Source: a virus
Taxonomy: Duplodnaviria; Caudoviricetes
IMG/VR virus record: IMGVR_UViG_3300028886_000055
Coordinates: 1-64,000 of that record
Length of the DNA stretch: 64,000 nt
Reading direction: 5' to 3' (one strand)
Shown one piece after another: positions 9,315 to 21,400 of this stretch. A model generated the notes under the pieces. It was not told where the DNA came from. It ran no database searches and was given only the letters and a program-made list of their open reading frames with translations. Every line of letters begins with the position of its first letter. Position 1 is the stretch's first letter. A program made the position numbers and the translations under genes.

Positions 9315-10000
9315 AAATTTGTGCGATAAGTGACCTTCATGGTTACTTACCTACTGATATTGTCCCCTGCGATATAGTTCTTATCGTTGGGGACATTTTA
9401 CCTTTAGAGGTCCAATCAGACGTTTTGAGAGCAGAAATGTGGACAATGAGTAATCTATCAAACTGGATACAGAACTTGCCGTGTACCCACTGTATCGGCG
9501 TCCTAGGCAATCATTCAATAGCATATTCTAGAAAACCTGAGATTTTAGATAGGTTATATAAAGCCACAAAAAATAAAGTTGAATTCTTAGAAAACACAGA
9601 AACCAATGTTATATTTGAAAATAGAACAATTAAAATATGGGGCAGTCCGTGGTGTAAGATATTCGGTAACTGGGCATATATGGCCAGTGACGAAAAATTA
9701 CAAGAATATTATTCTACGATGCCGAAATTCTGTGACATAGTTATAACACACGATGCTCCAGCTGCTGGAGATTTAGGTACTATAACAGAAGGATTTCAAA
9801 AAGGTGTAAAAGCAGGTAATAAAGTACTTGCTAAAATAATAAAAGAAAAACAGCCACAAATAGCGTTGTCTGGACATATCCATTCTTCAAATCATAAATT
9901 AGAAAAGAAGAAGGGATTTGGAAATACGTTATTTGCAACTGTTAGTCTTGTTAACGAGAATTATCAACCGATTTATGAACCTTTATATTTTGAAATATGA
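9302..10000 (+). CDS. calcineurin-like metallophosphoesterase
   Basis: ISDLHG, VGD, LGNH, ITHDAP, SGHIH motifs. Confidence 0.9.
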   Translation: MDKIKICAISDLHGYLPTDIVPCDIVLIVGDILPLEVQSDVLRAEMWTMSNLSNWIQNLPCTHCIGVLGNHSIAYSRKPEILDRLYKATKNKVEFLENTETNVIFENRTIKIWGSPWCKIFGNWAYMASDEKLQEYYSTMPKFCDIVITHDAPAAGDLGTITEGFQKGVKAGNKVLAKIIKEKQPQIALSGHIHSSNHKLEKKKGFGNTLFATVSLVNENYQPIYEPLYFEI

Positions 10001-11025
10001 AGAATACTATTAATTATTATTTTAATGGATTATTAAAGAATGATGTAAGTATAGAAGAATATAGTGATGATGCTTTTATGTATCGTCTATTCTATGAAAT
10101 TCATGGTACAGTACCATATGTAATGTATTTCTTTGATGGAATTGACGAGGACGATAACGAGGAATTAATTAATGGTGAATTTGATTGGAAAGAAACTAGT
10201 AAGCTTATTAAAAAGATTCCTGGATGTGAAACTTATAAGTGGAAAGGTAATACAATTTACTATACTGATGATTGGATTTGCCATAAAGGGACTATTTTTA
10301 ATATAACTCCAGATATTCCAGAAGAATTATCTAATTGTATTCAAATAACTAAAAAGGATACAGCTAATCTCATCTTTGTATCGGTTTCTAATAAAGGGCA
10401 ATTCATTAAACGTTTATTGCCTGTCAATGAACTTGACATTGATTATGATATAAATTATAATGAAGATTTTCCGCATGAAAGAATTGAGGAAATACTCACA
10501 GGTGATAAGTCTTCTCTTTTACTTATGTTCGGGATTCCTGGTACTGGTAAAACTTCGTTTCTACGTAAAATGATTAAGGATCATCCTGAGCAAAAGTTCT
10601 ATTGGTTAGATAGTAGTATGTTTAGTATGATTAATAGTACTGAGTTTATGGAGTTCCTACTCGATAGTAAAGGTGGAGTATTTGTTCTTGAGGATTGTGA
10701 ATCCGTTGTTAAGGATAGAAATACAAATTATAACAATTTGATCACTCCTATTCTCAATATTTCTGACGGTATGCTTGGTGATTCTTTAAAGTTAAAATTC
10801 TTCTGTACCTTTAATACTAGTCTTAAAAACATAGATCAAGCATTACTTAGAAAAGGTAGGTTATCATTAAAATATGAATTTGGTAAGCTAAAGAAAGATC
10901 GAGTTCAGAAATTATTCGATAAACTTGGTATTGAAGCAACTGCTACTCAAGATATGGCTCTTTGTGATGTTTATAATTATCTTGAAGATAATGGCCAAAA
11001 AGAAGCGAAGAAGATTGGATTTTGA
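9997..11025 (+). CDS. AAA+ ATPase
   Basis: Walker A GIPGTGKTS, Walker B VLEDCE, ILNISDG, TFN...IDQALLRKGRL, C-terminal KKIGF. Confidence 0.9.
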   Translation: MKNTINYYFNGLLKNDVSIEEYSDDAFMYRLFYEIHGTVPYVMYFFDGIDEDDNEELINGEFDWKETSKLIKKIPGCETYKWKGNTIYYTDDWICHKGTIFNITPDIPEELSNCIQITKKDTANLIFVSVSNKGQFIKRLLPVNELDIDYDINYNEDFPHERIEEILTGDKSSLLLMFGIPGTGKTSFLRKMIKDHPEQKFYWLDSSMFSMINSTEFMEFLLDSKGGVFVLEDCESVVKDRNTNYNNLITPILNISDGMLGDSLKLKFFCTFNTSLKNIDQALLRKGRLSLKYEFGKLKKDRVQKLFDKLGIEATATQDMALCDVYNYLEDNGQKEAKKIGF

Positions 11026-11157
11026 TATAATACGAGAATATCCAACTAATCGTATATATTATTCTCCAGCTAAATTTAGAGGAATTAGACATAGTAAACT
11101 TATAGGATTTATAGAATTAAAAGGAATTAGATACTGGTCAGATTATATATAAACAGT

Positions 11158-11301
11158 ATGAAAAAAAGAAAAAGAAAAAAATTTGGATTCTTTATTGAAG
11201 AAGATTTTGATTTCACGTTTACATTTTTCAAAAGATTTTTTGTAGTATTTAAATTGCCAAATAAAGGCTGTAAAAAAGAACCTTATTTTGAATATAAATA
11301 A
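11158..11301 (+). CDS. small basic hypothetical protein
   Basis: 47-aa ORF (MKKRKRKKFGFF...EYK*) ending just before the terminator. Confidence 0.35.
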   Translation: MKKRKRKKFGFFIEEDFDFTFTFFKRFFVVFKLPNKGCKKEPYFEYK

Positions 11302-11302
11302 T

Positions 11303-11343
11303 AAAAGGATTATCAGACATTTGTCTGGTAATCCTTTTTTTTT
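11303..11343. terminator. bidirectional intrinsic terminator between the convergent arms
   Basis: AAAAGGATTATCAGACA-TT-TGTCTGGTAATCCTTTTTTTTT: long hairpin with A- and T-tracts on either side, located where + and - genes converge. Confidence 0.85.
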
Positions 11344-14300
11344 CATGCTAATGAGTTATTCGTGGCTTCTGACATTTTCTACAAACCTCTCCATAATCCA
11401 CTAGTACTTCTATATGCCGCAGAATTAGTATAAATCCACGCATCTAACGATTTTCCTACTTCATTTCCTGTAACAATATTCTTTCCAGCTTTCCAAGTAG
11501 ATTTTACAAAGTTAGCTGCAGTAGCATACGCAGGAACTTCTGAATCCATTATATTTCCACCAAAAACATTCAATAAATTAAAGTTATCAGCAGAACCGTT
11601 TATTGCTCGATAAACCATATTAAATCCTTCGTCTGATATAGCTCTACCTAAAGTATATGGAGATTTATCTTTCTTTCTATTTTCTTTCCACATTGAAAGT
11701 AAGGTTTTAACAATACCTCCGAGAATTGCCCACATTAACAACTTGTATGCAAGTAATCTTAAATTTTGACGTTTAGCATCACAGTCTTGAACATTTTTCC
11801 AAGCTCCAATCAATCCTAAATTTTTGGTATCTCTGCAAAAATCTCTTAATGTATAAAATATTCCTTCCATGTAAGATTTAGCAACATCCATAACTGGTTC
11901 TCTAGGATCGTTTGGTTCTAATTCACTTTCTGGAACGGGTATTAAACTTTCTTCTCCGTTAACATCTATAACTCTTTTCCAAAATAAAAGATTTCCATCA
12001 GCATCAGTAGCTTGTTTTCTAACATTTGTTTCATACTCTTTAGGTGACAAAAACCATTGTGTTTTGTTTGCTGTAAGATATGTAGAAAATTGTAAAAATA
12101 AAGAGCCTAACGCATGCTTTTCTGCTTGAATTCTTAACTCGTGATCATAATAGCCATAAAGTCTATCGGCAAAAGATTTTAACGCTACTATTTCTTTAGG
12201 AGCGTAAGGTTCTGGTAAAGCATCACCTTCCTTTAAATTATATCCAGCTTCATTGAAATCTCGTAACATGGATAAGTATAAACCTTGCTATTTCGAATCT
12301 GTACATTTTGTACCATCCCAAGTAGAAAAACGTTTATCTTTTTTCATATTATATTTTAATCCGTTCTCATAACTACAAGCATCAAAACATCCATCATGTT
12401 TCATTTTAGCTATTAAAATAACCATTCTATTTGTATAGTCACCAGCTGTTGTAGTCCAGAATAATTTATCTTTAAAGTTAAATAATCCAACTTTACCAGA
12501 TTTTGTTTTTCTAGCCAATTGCGCATAATCCATATCTGAAATACCAAATGCTGCATTTAAAGATTCTAATAATGTAACACCGGCTAAACTTTCTGTACTA
12601 TCCTTTATTACAACTTTATAAGCATCTATATAATCAGCTTTTGTAAAACCTTTTCCTTCACCCCAAGTATCCCCTACAAAAATACCAATACCTTTCCATA
12701 ATCCATCTAATACATCACGAATTGGAGCAAATACATTACCTACAATCATAGAATAACTTGCAGCCATTTTAGCTTTTCGGATCAAATGAGTATTTTCTTT
12801 TTCCTAAGCTGACAATAGTGTAACATTATGTATTGACTACTTTACGAAATTATCTAAATAATCTAAATTAACACTAGTATCTAATCCTGCCTAATTGCCC
12901 CAAGCTTCTATTAAGAATTTAGCTACTGCAATATGTGGTAATAATTTATCTAGTTCATCTCGTCGAATATAAGTTAACTCATGTTGTAGTACAATATTTT
13001 CTACATTAGTTTCCCAAAAACCTAATGGTTTAGATTGCAATAACTATGTTCGTTTATACTAATCGTCATCACTTTCAGTATATCTAATAAATATTTTATT
13101 TCTCTATTCTGCTTTCTAAAAAGCCTCATATTCAGACTCAGTATATACGTTTGCTTCTTCTCTTCGAAAAACTTCTTTAGCTTCTTTTCCAAAAGATACT
13201 ATTTCTTTAAATTCCTATTTAATAGTATCTTCTAGATGATCTCTATTTAGCTTTGAACCAGCAGCAGCTTCTTGAATAGGAACCCAATACCATTTCTATC
13301 CTCTTTTTTGTTTCTCTTTTTGAACTTCTGGAGAAGATTCTGAATAACTTTCTAATCCCCAACGTCTTCTATTTATTATCCATAATACTTTTCTTAAAAA
13401 TTTCTTCTCTGTATCAGATAATGTAGTATCAGTATCAGGGTTTTTAAATACTAAATTAGGATTTAATTTTCCATCTTTTTCTTCAAATAGGTTTCTATAT
13501 AATATAGACTAATTTCCTAATGTTAAATTTTGGGATTGTGAATATCCTTTATCCTTCCATAATTTTTTAACGTGATTTTCAAAGAAATCGTCTTTAAAAT
13601 GTACGAAAGTTCTTCTAATTTTTTGAAAACTTTGTAAAGCACTATTAGTTAAATTTGCTTCATTTCTATAAGGTATCACATCTGCTGTTACAGTCATAGA
13701 TCCATTAAACAAAGTATTTTTACTAGCTTGTCCAATAGTTTGCATTTCTTGAATTCCATACCAATCTCCTTTTGCATACATATAAGTTTGCAATATTATT
13801 AAATACAAATTTAATAGTTCTAATTTCTATTTATCACCTTGTACAGCACTTATAGCATTTGCATATCCATCTTTTAAAAATTCTCCAGGAGATTTATCAG
13901 CTGTAATCAGCTGAATTATTTTCATACATTCTTCTGCTACAATCTATCTATTTAATACCTATAATTTTTCAATTCTTTCTTGAATAGTATGTAATAAAGA
14001 CTAATCACTTATTGCAACATGTCCTAAAGTTGTTATAACGTGATTTTTTAAGTTTTCAATATCTGAAATAAATGCTTTTTCTAACTGTGCAATATTTGTA
14101 GTTACTCCAGCTTCTTTACATAGCTGTTTATAATCTGCTATTAACATTGAGTTTTGAATACTTAAGGTATTACCTGTAAAAGGATTCATTACTTTAAGTT
14201 CTCCAATGTGTTCATCTTTTAATTCAGACCAACATTCATCTAAAGCTACCAACAATTCCATAAATTTGATATTTCCTTGTGTAGCCTATAATTTTACTTT

Positions 14301-15941
14301 TCCAGAAATCTAATGGTTCTTTTTAAATGCTCCAAGTATTGTATTTCCAAAACCTAAATTTATAGTATCATTTAAATTATCTTCTCCCGTTAATATGATA
14401 AAATCAATTTGTCCAGTATTTTTGTTTTGAAAAGCTCCAATTCCTAAAGCTTCTAATTTAGGTAATGCTTTATATTCCCAATCATCAGTTGCATATTTAT
14501 TTAGTGCCATACTAATTCTGCCAGCACTTGAACTATTTGAAGATATAGATGTAAGAGATGCGTGATTGTTTATTACATTTTGTATTTTTCTTAAAAATAA
14601 GCCTAATTTATTTATATCAGCTTTCTTTTCAGCATCAATTACTTTAGCGACTTTTTCTCTTAACTCAGTATTAGTTTCTGCTGGAGAACTTTCTTTTACA
14701 TAATAAATATTACCATGCCTATCCTAAAATTCGTAGGACATTCCTGGTTTAGTAGATATAACTACATATTTTTTTATAAAATTAGTAACTTTTCTAGATC
14801 TAGAATCCTATACAATATTATGAGTTGGAAATAATTTCTATACTTTACTAGTAACATCGTGTGTTATTACCCCATTGAAATCAGCTTCATTTAACGTGAC
14901 AGGGATAAGGTTATTTAAATCTCTCCAAATTTCTCCAACATAAGGATCTAATCTAGAACTCTTATCTCTTCTTAATGCAATAGTTCTATCTACTATTTCG
15001 CCGAATGCTATTTCTTTTAATGTAGTATCATCATTTTCAAAGAACTAAACAGGAACAATATTTAATGTCATATTTTTAATATTGTATCCTTTCTATGCCA
15101 ATACTTGTCTAATAGCTCCAAGATAGTAATCTCTTTTTTGTCTCTTTACGTCTGGCTATTCTAATTCATTTTTCGCAGAAGATTTAAATAAAAATACGTG
15201 AGGTACACCATAACTATCAATAGCTACTAAATCTATATTTACATATAATTTTTTAGAAGTTCCGTTTAAGTCTGCTGTTAAACTTACATTTGGAATTATA
15301 TGTTCTACATTCACACCAGTAAGTGTTAGTATTTTATTTCTAACTTTCTATAGCTAACTTAAAAAATTAGAAAGCATAGCGTCACTTTTTAGCCATTCGT
15401 CCTATATTTCTGAAGGAAATGTACTTCTTATAACTCTTTTGATACCTTCTAATGTTCTAGATGTAGTATCATTAAAATAATTATTTAAAAGAATGTGTAA
15501 ATAATATGCTCTAGTTTCAGTTCTTTCAAACGATTCAAATAGTTTTTTTATTTCTTCGTCAGTTAATTTGTTTTCATTTTTTAACGTTGAAGCTAATTTT
15601 TCTGGATCGTAAGGTTCTGTAAACGGAGTCATTCCGTCTATTTTTTTTCCACCTTCTATAAACTAATGTAGTTCTATATAATCTTCATTATCGGGAATAT
15701 CATATAACTCGTCTTTATTTTTTGAATAAGTAGCTCTTTTAATCCTTGTTGTAGATTTTAATTCTTTTAATCTTTTAATGGCATCTTCTTGACTTAAATC
15801 TTTACTTTTTATTACATCTGATTCGTTAGTAATGTCAAATTTATCAGCTATTTCATTACGTAATGCATCAAAATCTGTAAAACTTTCAGTGCCAGTTAGC
15901 TCTCCATTTTCTATTATATTTAAAATCCATGTACAGTCCAT
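11343..15941 (-). CDS. giant virion cargo protein A (~1532 aa, TAG=Gln)
   Basis: Seven track fragments share one frame and each ends in TAG. Start MDCTWIL at 15941, TGA at 11343. Has a degenerate PD-(D/E)XK-like segment and a hydrophobic helix near the C-terminus. Confidence 0.85.
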
Positions 15942-15943
15942 AA

Positions 15944-18484
15944 TTATTCACATATTTCTTCTATATAACTTTCAGAATGTTCTTTAAATTGAGAATTTCT
16001 AATCATTCTAGCAATCAAATTAGTAACCTATCTTGATTCTGTTGCTTCTATAAGTTCATTTGCATCTACTGGTTCTTTTTCAAAAATCATTGATCCAAAG
16101 TTTTCAATTATCTGCTATAAATCTTTAGTTAATATCTATTCTAATTCAAGATTTTCGGCACCCTATCCTAATGCAAACGCTTTAATTATTATATTGCGAA
16201 ATTCTTTTTTAAACCTATTTAAGGTTTTCTCGATATTTTCGTTATTATAAAAATTAATGACAATTTGCTATCCGAATTCTTTACCCAATAAAGTCACAAA
16301 TAATTCTTCTTGTAAATCCAACTCAGACCTGTAATCTCTAAATTTTCTAAAACGTTTTATCTAATCCTAATAATCAGGTAATTGTGTTACTAAACTAGTT
16401 AAACTATAATATGTTTTAGGATCTCTTACTTTTAAAATACCTAAAGCTAAATGCATATATTCGTGAATAACATCTCCTGCATCTCCACGTTCAATATTTA
16501 CATAAATTTGTCCATTAAAAATAAACGCTCTTGCTCTTTTAACACTATCTGGAAATCGTACTTTTTTTCCATTAATTTCCATACCATTTTTAATATCGTC
16601 ATCATTAATAATAGTACAATTTACTCCAAAATGATCTTTAAGATGATTTACTACTGCTAATAAATCTCTTTTTATATTAAACCTCGGGATGGTTATAAGT
16701 TGAGAAGGATGCGCCTCTTTTACTTCACTAAAAGTAACAGTACTCAGGTTTTTCTTTTTTCCTTGTTTAACATTCTCTACTTTTAAAATCTTAAATTCGC
16801 TTACTTCCATCTCATCTAAAACCTAGTCTATTATTTTATATCTAGTAGTAGGATCTACTGAGAATATAGTAGAAAGTTCTAATATTTCTCCAGAATCTAT
16901 TTTATCCTAAAGTAAATCAGTAGCTCTCATTAGAAAAAATTCTAAGTCAGATATTTCCTACATTCTTTCTAAATATTTCTATTTCTAAGCACTATCTTTA
17001 AAAAAATCAAAATATCCAAAACTGTTTAAAAACTAATCTACGTCTACAGTCATATCCTACCAAAATAAATTGGTAGGTAATTTAGCTGGTTTCCATCTAC
17101 TACTCAATATACTAATATCATGTATAAATTTTACCTTTGGATAATGTTTAATAGGAATCATACTGCCAGGTGTAAGCTTAGAATTTTTAATATCTACCTA
17201 TAATTTTTTAAATCCCGAAACTAATATTTTATTTTTAAAATTATAAATAGTAGTTCTAGCTCCAGAATAAGTTTTATCTGAATTTCGTATTTTTCTTCTT
17301 TCTTTAGTAATAAAAGCTCTAGCTTCTCTAAGATTATCAAATCTTCTTAATCGTTCACTGAGTTTTTCAGTTGAAAACATTAGTGATTGTCCAACATAAT
17401 ATTGACCTAAATGTTCTACAATATTAAATCCAAAATTATATTCTATCAACCTAGTAGATGATCCATAAAAATTTGGACTTAATAAATGAATATTGGGATT
17501 TTTTACAGGATCAAAAAATAACGTTTTTAATTTATAATGATCGGTTGCTTCATACTATATCCTTATAAATAAATTATTATAACTCAATTTTGTATTGAAA
17601 TCATAAATCCATTGTTGCAATATTTCTAACGGATCACCTTCTAAACTATCTTCTTTTATAATTTTTTCTAGTTCTTCTTTTGAAATAATATCACCTTTTA
17701 TGATTCTACTTAAATACTTTTCAGATGGATCTGAAGAATCTGGATTTAAAAGAGCCTAAGATTGAATTGGAGTAATAGTATCACGTATAACATCCTCTAA
17801 AATCTATAACTAGTCTTTATCAACGTTTGATTTATAATAAATGTCTCCAAATATATAAACTAATAATTCAGATAATCTTCTTCCAGAATCTTCTATTTCA
17901 GATAATCTATTCATTATTATTTTTAGTCTAGTGTTAGATGTATATTTATCAGCTTTCTCTAATAAATCATCAAATATATTCTATACAGCTTTAATCAATT
18001 CGGAATATCTTTGATCTTGTTTCAATAATGCTTTATATGCTATAGACATTTTCATTACTTGTATAAGCTTTGAATTTCTAGTTTCAGAATTACGTAAAAT
18101 AGAATCGTCTATTACAAATTTTAATTCTCCATCTTGACCTATCTACATATCTAAACCTGTTCCAGATAAATTATTTACAAGTAAAATATTATCCATAAAG
18201 TGTGATTCATCAAATATATCCTAATTGTTAAGATTTGGATTTAAATATTTTGTAATTAATTTAAATAAAGATGAATTTCCAACTTCAGTTCCTAATGTAT
18301 TATTAGAAAGATTAAATACACGAGGCACATATCCGGATTTATCTAACAAATCTATTAACTCACCTAATTGATCTGAGTTAAATAAATCTGTAATTATATT
18401 TTCTAAATTATTTCTATTTTCTTCAGAAATAGGGATGGATATTTCACCACCCCTAACATTAATTATAGCTTCACAGTTTGCCAT
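15944..18484 (-). CDS. virion cargo protein B with zincin metallopeptidase motif (~846 aa, TAG=Gln)
   Basis: Fragments 16367, 17198 and 18221 are in frame. Start MANCEAI, end EEICE-TAA. RAFIFNGQIYVN...DVIHEYMH (HExxH). Confidence 0.85.
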
Positions 18485-18485
18485 G

Positions 18486-21400
18486 TTATGAACAATTTAC
18501 ATTAATAGATAATATTCTTGACATCATTAGATTCTTAACTTTTTCTTTTATTTGCTCTAAGTTCATATTCTTTGTAATTTTATGTTTTAATAAACTTATT
18601 TCCATATCTGAAATTCCTTGTAATCCGCTATAGTTACTATTCAAATGGCTTCCTAGACTTTTTACAAAAGATAATCCAGGGAATCTATTATAGTTAGGTT
18701 CGTCTGGCTATTCTTCCGATGTAATATTTCCAGATCTTACATAAAGATCGAACCCGCCTGTATCAGGATTATATATTCTAACATATATAAAATCTTTATA
18801 TTCATATGAATTATAATTATATCTAGTAACAACAGGAGCAGCTGCTTTCTAGAAAGGTTCTACAGTATACACAGGAATTAATGGTTCTCTACTTTTATCT
18901 TTAGCATCCATTTGTCTAAAATAATCAGGAATTAAAGTAGATTCATCATTTACAAAAGGTATAAGAATAGGATTTAAATTGTCTCTAGTTAGCTTATCTT
19001 TGGATGTTATTAAGTCATATATGAAAAACCAATCAATCAACGGTCTTCCAAAAATTTTTATTTTCCCAATCTTAGGGATTTCTTTTAAATACAAATTATA
19101 TTTATCCTAACTATATCCAGATTTAGCAACTTCAAAGAAATTAATAAATCCAAATTTGCTTACAATAATATCCATACCAGAATAACTATCTCTAGTTGTT
19201 CCATTAGCAAGATCATGTAATAAAACACTATCTGCTAGTTTCATTTTATCACTTTGATCAAGATCTATTAATAATGCAGGATTCTTTAATAATTCTAAGA
19301 AAGTATTTTCAAACCAATATTTAAATTTAGATATCGATTCAGATGAAGAAATATTTATTAATTCATCTTCCTCTTGAATTTTTCTCTTTAGGCTATCGTT
19401 CTATCTTCTAACTGTCATGGTTCCACTTTCTATTGGAAAAGATATATCCTATTGAACAAGATATCCATAAATCATCTATGAATCAATAACTCTATTTATC
19501 TAATTCCACTAACTCTTATTAACAGTAGCTTTACTTGTTTTTGGATCTTTTTCAGCATTTAATAAATCTTTTCGTATTTTACGCATCAATTCAAATCTAC
19601 TTGAAACAGCATCAATACTTCTTACACCATTAAATATATCAATAAAAGCCTAACGTATATGAGGAGAATGCCAAATAACATCTAACACATTAAAACAAGT
19701 TTTAGAATTATCTGCTAAAGCAATAGCAGTAAGCCTATATTGTTCATCATTGAAAAATCTTTTTAAATCAAAGTTCGTTAATAACTCATTATTTTGAACA
19801 TAGCTTGATTTTGAAAGTTTTGAATCAGCTTTCTAAAACTGTTTAGTTATATCTGCTTCTAGCTTTACTAAATATTCAATAAAATCATGTGGTACTGGAG
19901 GAACTCCCTAGTTTATTTTTAAAAATCTAGCTAACATACTTATTTCATCACCACCTTTCAATAATGTTTTAAAAGTTTCCATTCTTTGTGGACTAGTTTC
20001 TGGATCATAATGCTACTAGTATTCTAAAAATTTTATTTTAAATCTATTTAAAGCTTGCCAATTATATGTATTAGTTAACGGTGTTTCTGTAAAAGCATCA
20101 AAAAACTCCTATGTAGTAAGTATTAACTACCCATCTTCATTAGTATATGATCGTTTGGCTTTTTCTTTATAAATAACTGATAAATATTGTATAAATCTTT
20201 CTTTTGTCCAATTTTTAAATTCAGGATATTTTTTCTCCAATCTGTTTAGAATTTCTTTCCAAGAGTCTTCAGATAAAATTGGCATACGAGGTCCAATTAA
20301 GAATCTTTCAATCGTACTATTTATATATGTTTGTTTTGTAGGATCAAACATGTTTTCTCTACATTGATTTAATATAAAATCGATATCGTCAGAAATCATT
20401 AATTCTGCAACATCTCTTAAATCAATATTCAATATTGCAGAGAATAAATATATTTTCATATATTTAGGATCAGCATTAATTTTTCTTAAAATTAATTCTT
20501 TAGCATTATCTGTTGCAGCAGAAATAATCGCAGATATAGTAAGAGCAGTATTTTCAGAACCTTCGTCGTATTTTATTAGCTATTCTTTAATTTCTTCCTC
20601 TGGAACACCTCTCGAATTTAAATATTTTCTTATTGCATTTTTTATATTATCATTTTGATCTGGTGTTAATACCGAGTTATTTATAGAAGGTAAAACAGTT
20701 ATTCTTTCTTTTGATTTTCCAGGAAAAGTTATTGTAAAATTAAAAGGAAGACGTCTTAATCTATGAATATCTCCAGATGAAATACTATCCATATAATGAT
20801 AAATCAATGCAAAATTATCTTTAGCACCATTTGCACCAACACCAATACCCATTTTTCCAGATAAGTTATCTTCAGTAGTAATATTTACCATAGAAGGGCA
20901 TGAAGAAATTAATCTTCTATTTCTTAAACCAAGTGGGGATTTTTCAGATGCTGGACCTAATACACCAAAAGATACTGGAGATTGAGCATTAATCAAATTC
21001 CTTGGGTCTGTAACGACATCCATAATACCGTATGCAACTACATTCTTAAATATTTGCTAAATTTCATATCTTGAAGGTTTAGATCTATCATATTTAACAC
21101 TATCATCTAAATTAGAGAAGTATGTAGTATGTCTGTTAATAGCTTTCATTAATACTTCTTCTACAAGATCTCTTTTAATAGTTTTTTTGTCTTGTTTTTC
21201 AGATACTATGTGTTTCTTTCTTACTTCATTATTTATGAATACTAATTCATTGTCACCAACTAACTTAAGAATTTCTACTATATCATTATGTCCACTACCA
21301 TAAAACAACTACTATTCGTTACCATTATATTTACTTAACAATCTATCTGCTAGAAAACTAATATCTACACCTTTCTTAGACTGAGTTACAGTTTTACCAG

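Noticed and set aside
11143-11346. Minus ORF starting at an ATGA overlap with gene A
   Set aside because: It runs immediately through the terminator hairpin and has low-complexity F/K composition, so it is probably spurious.
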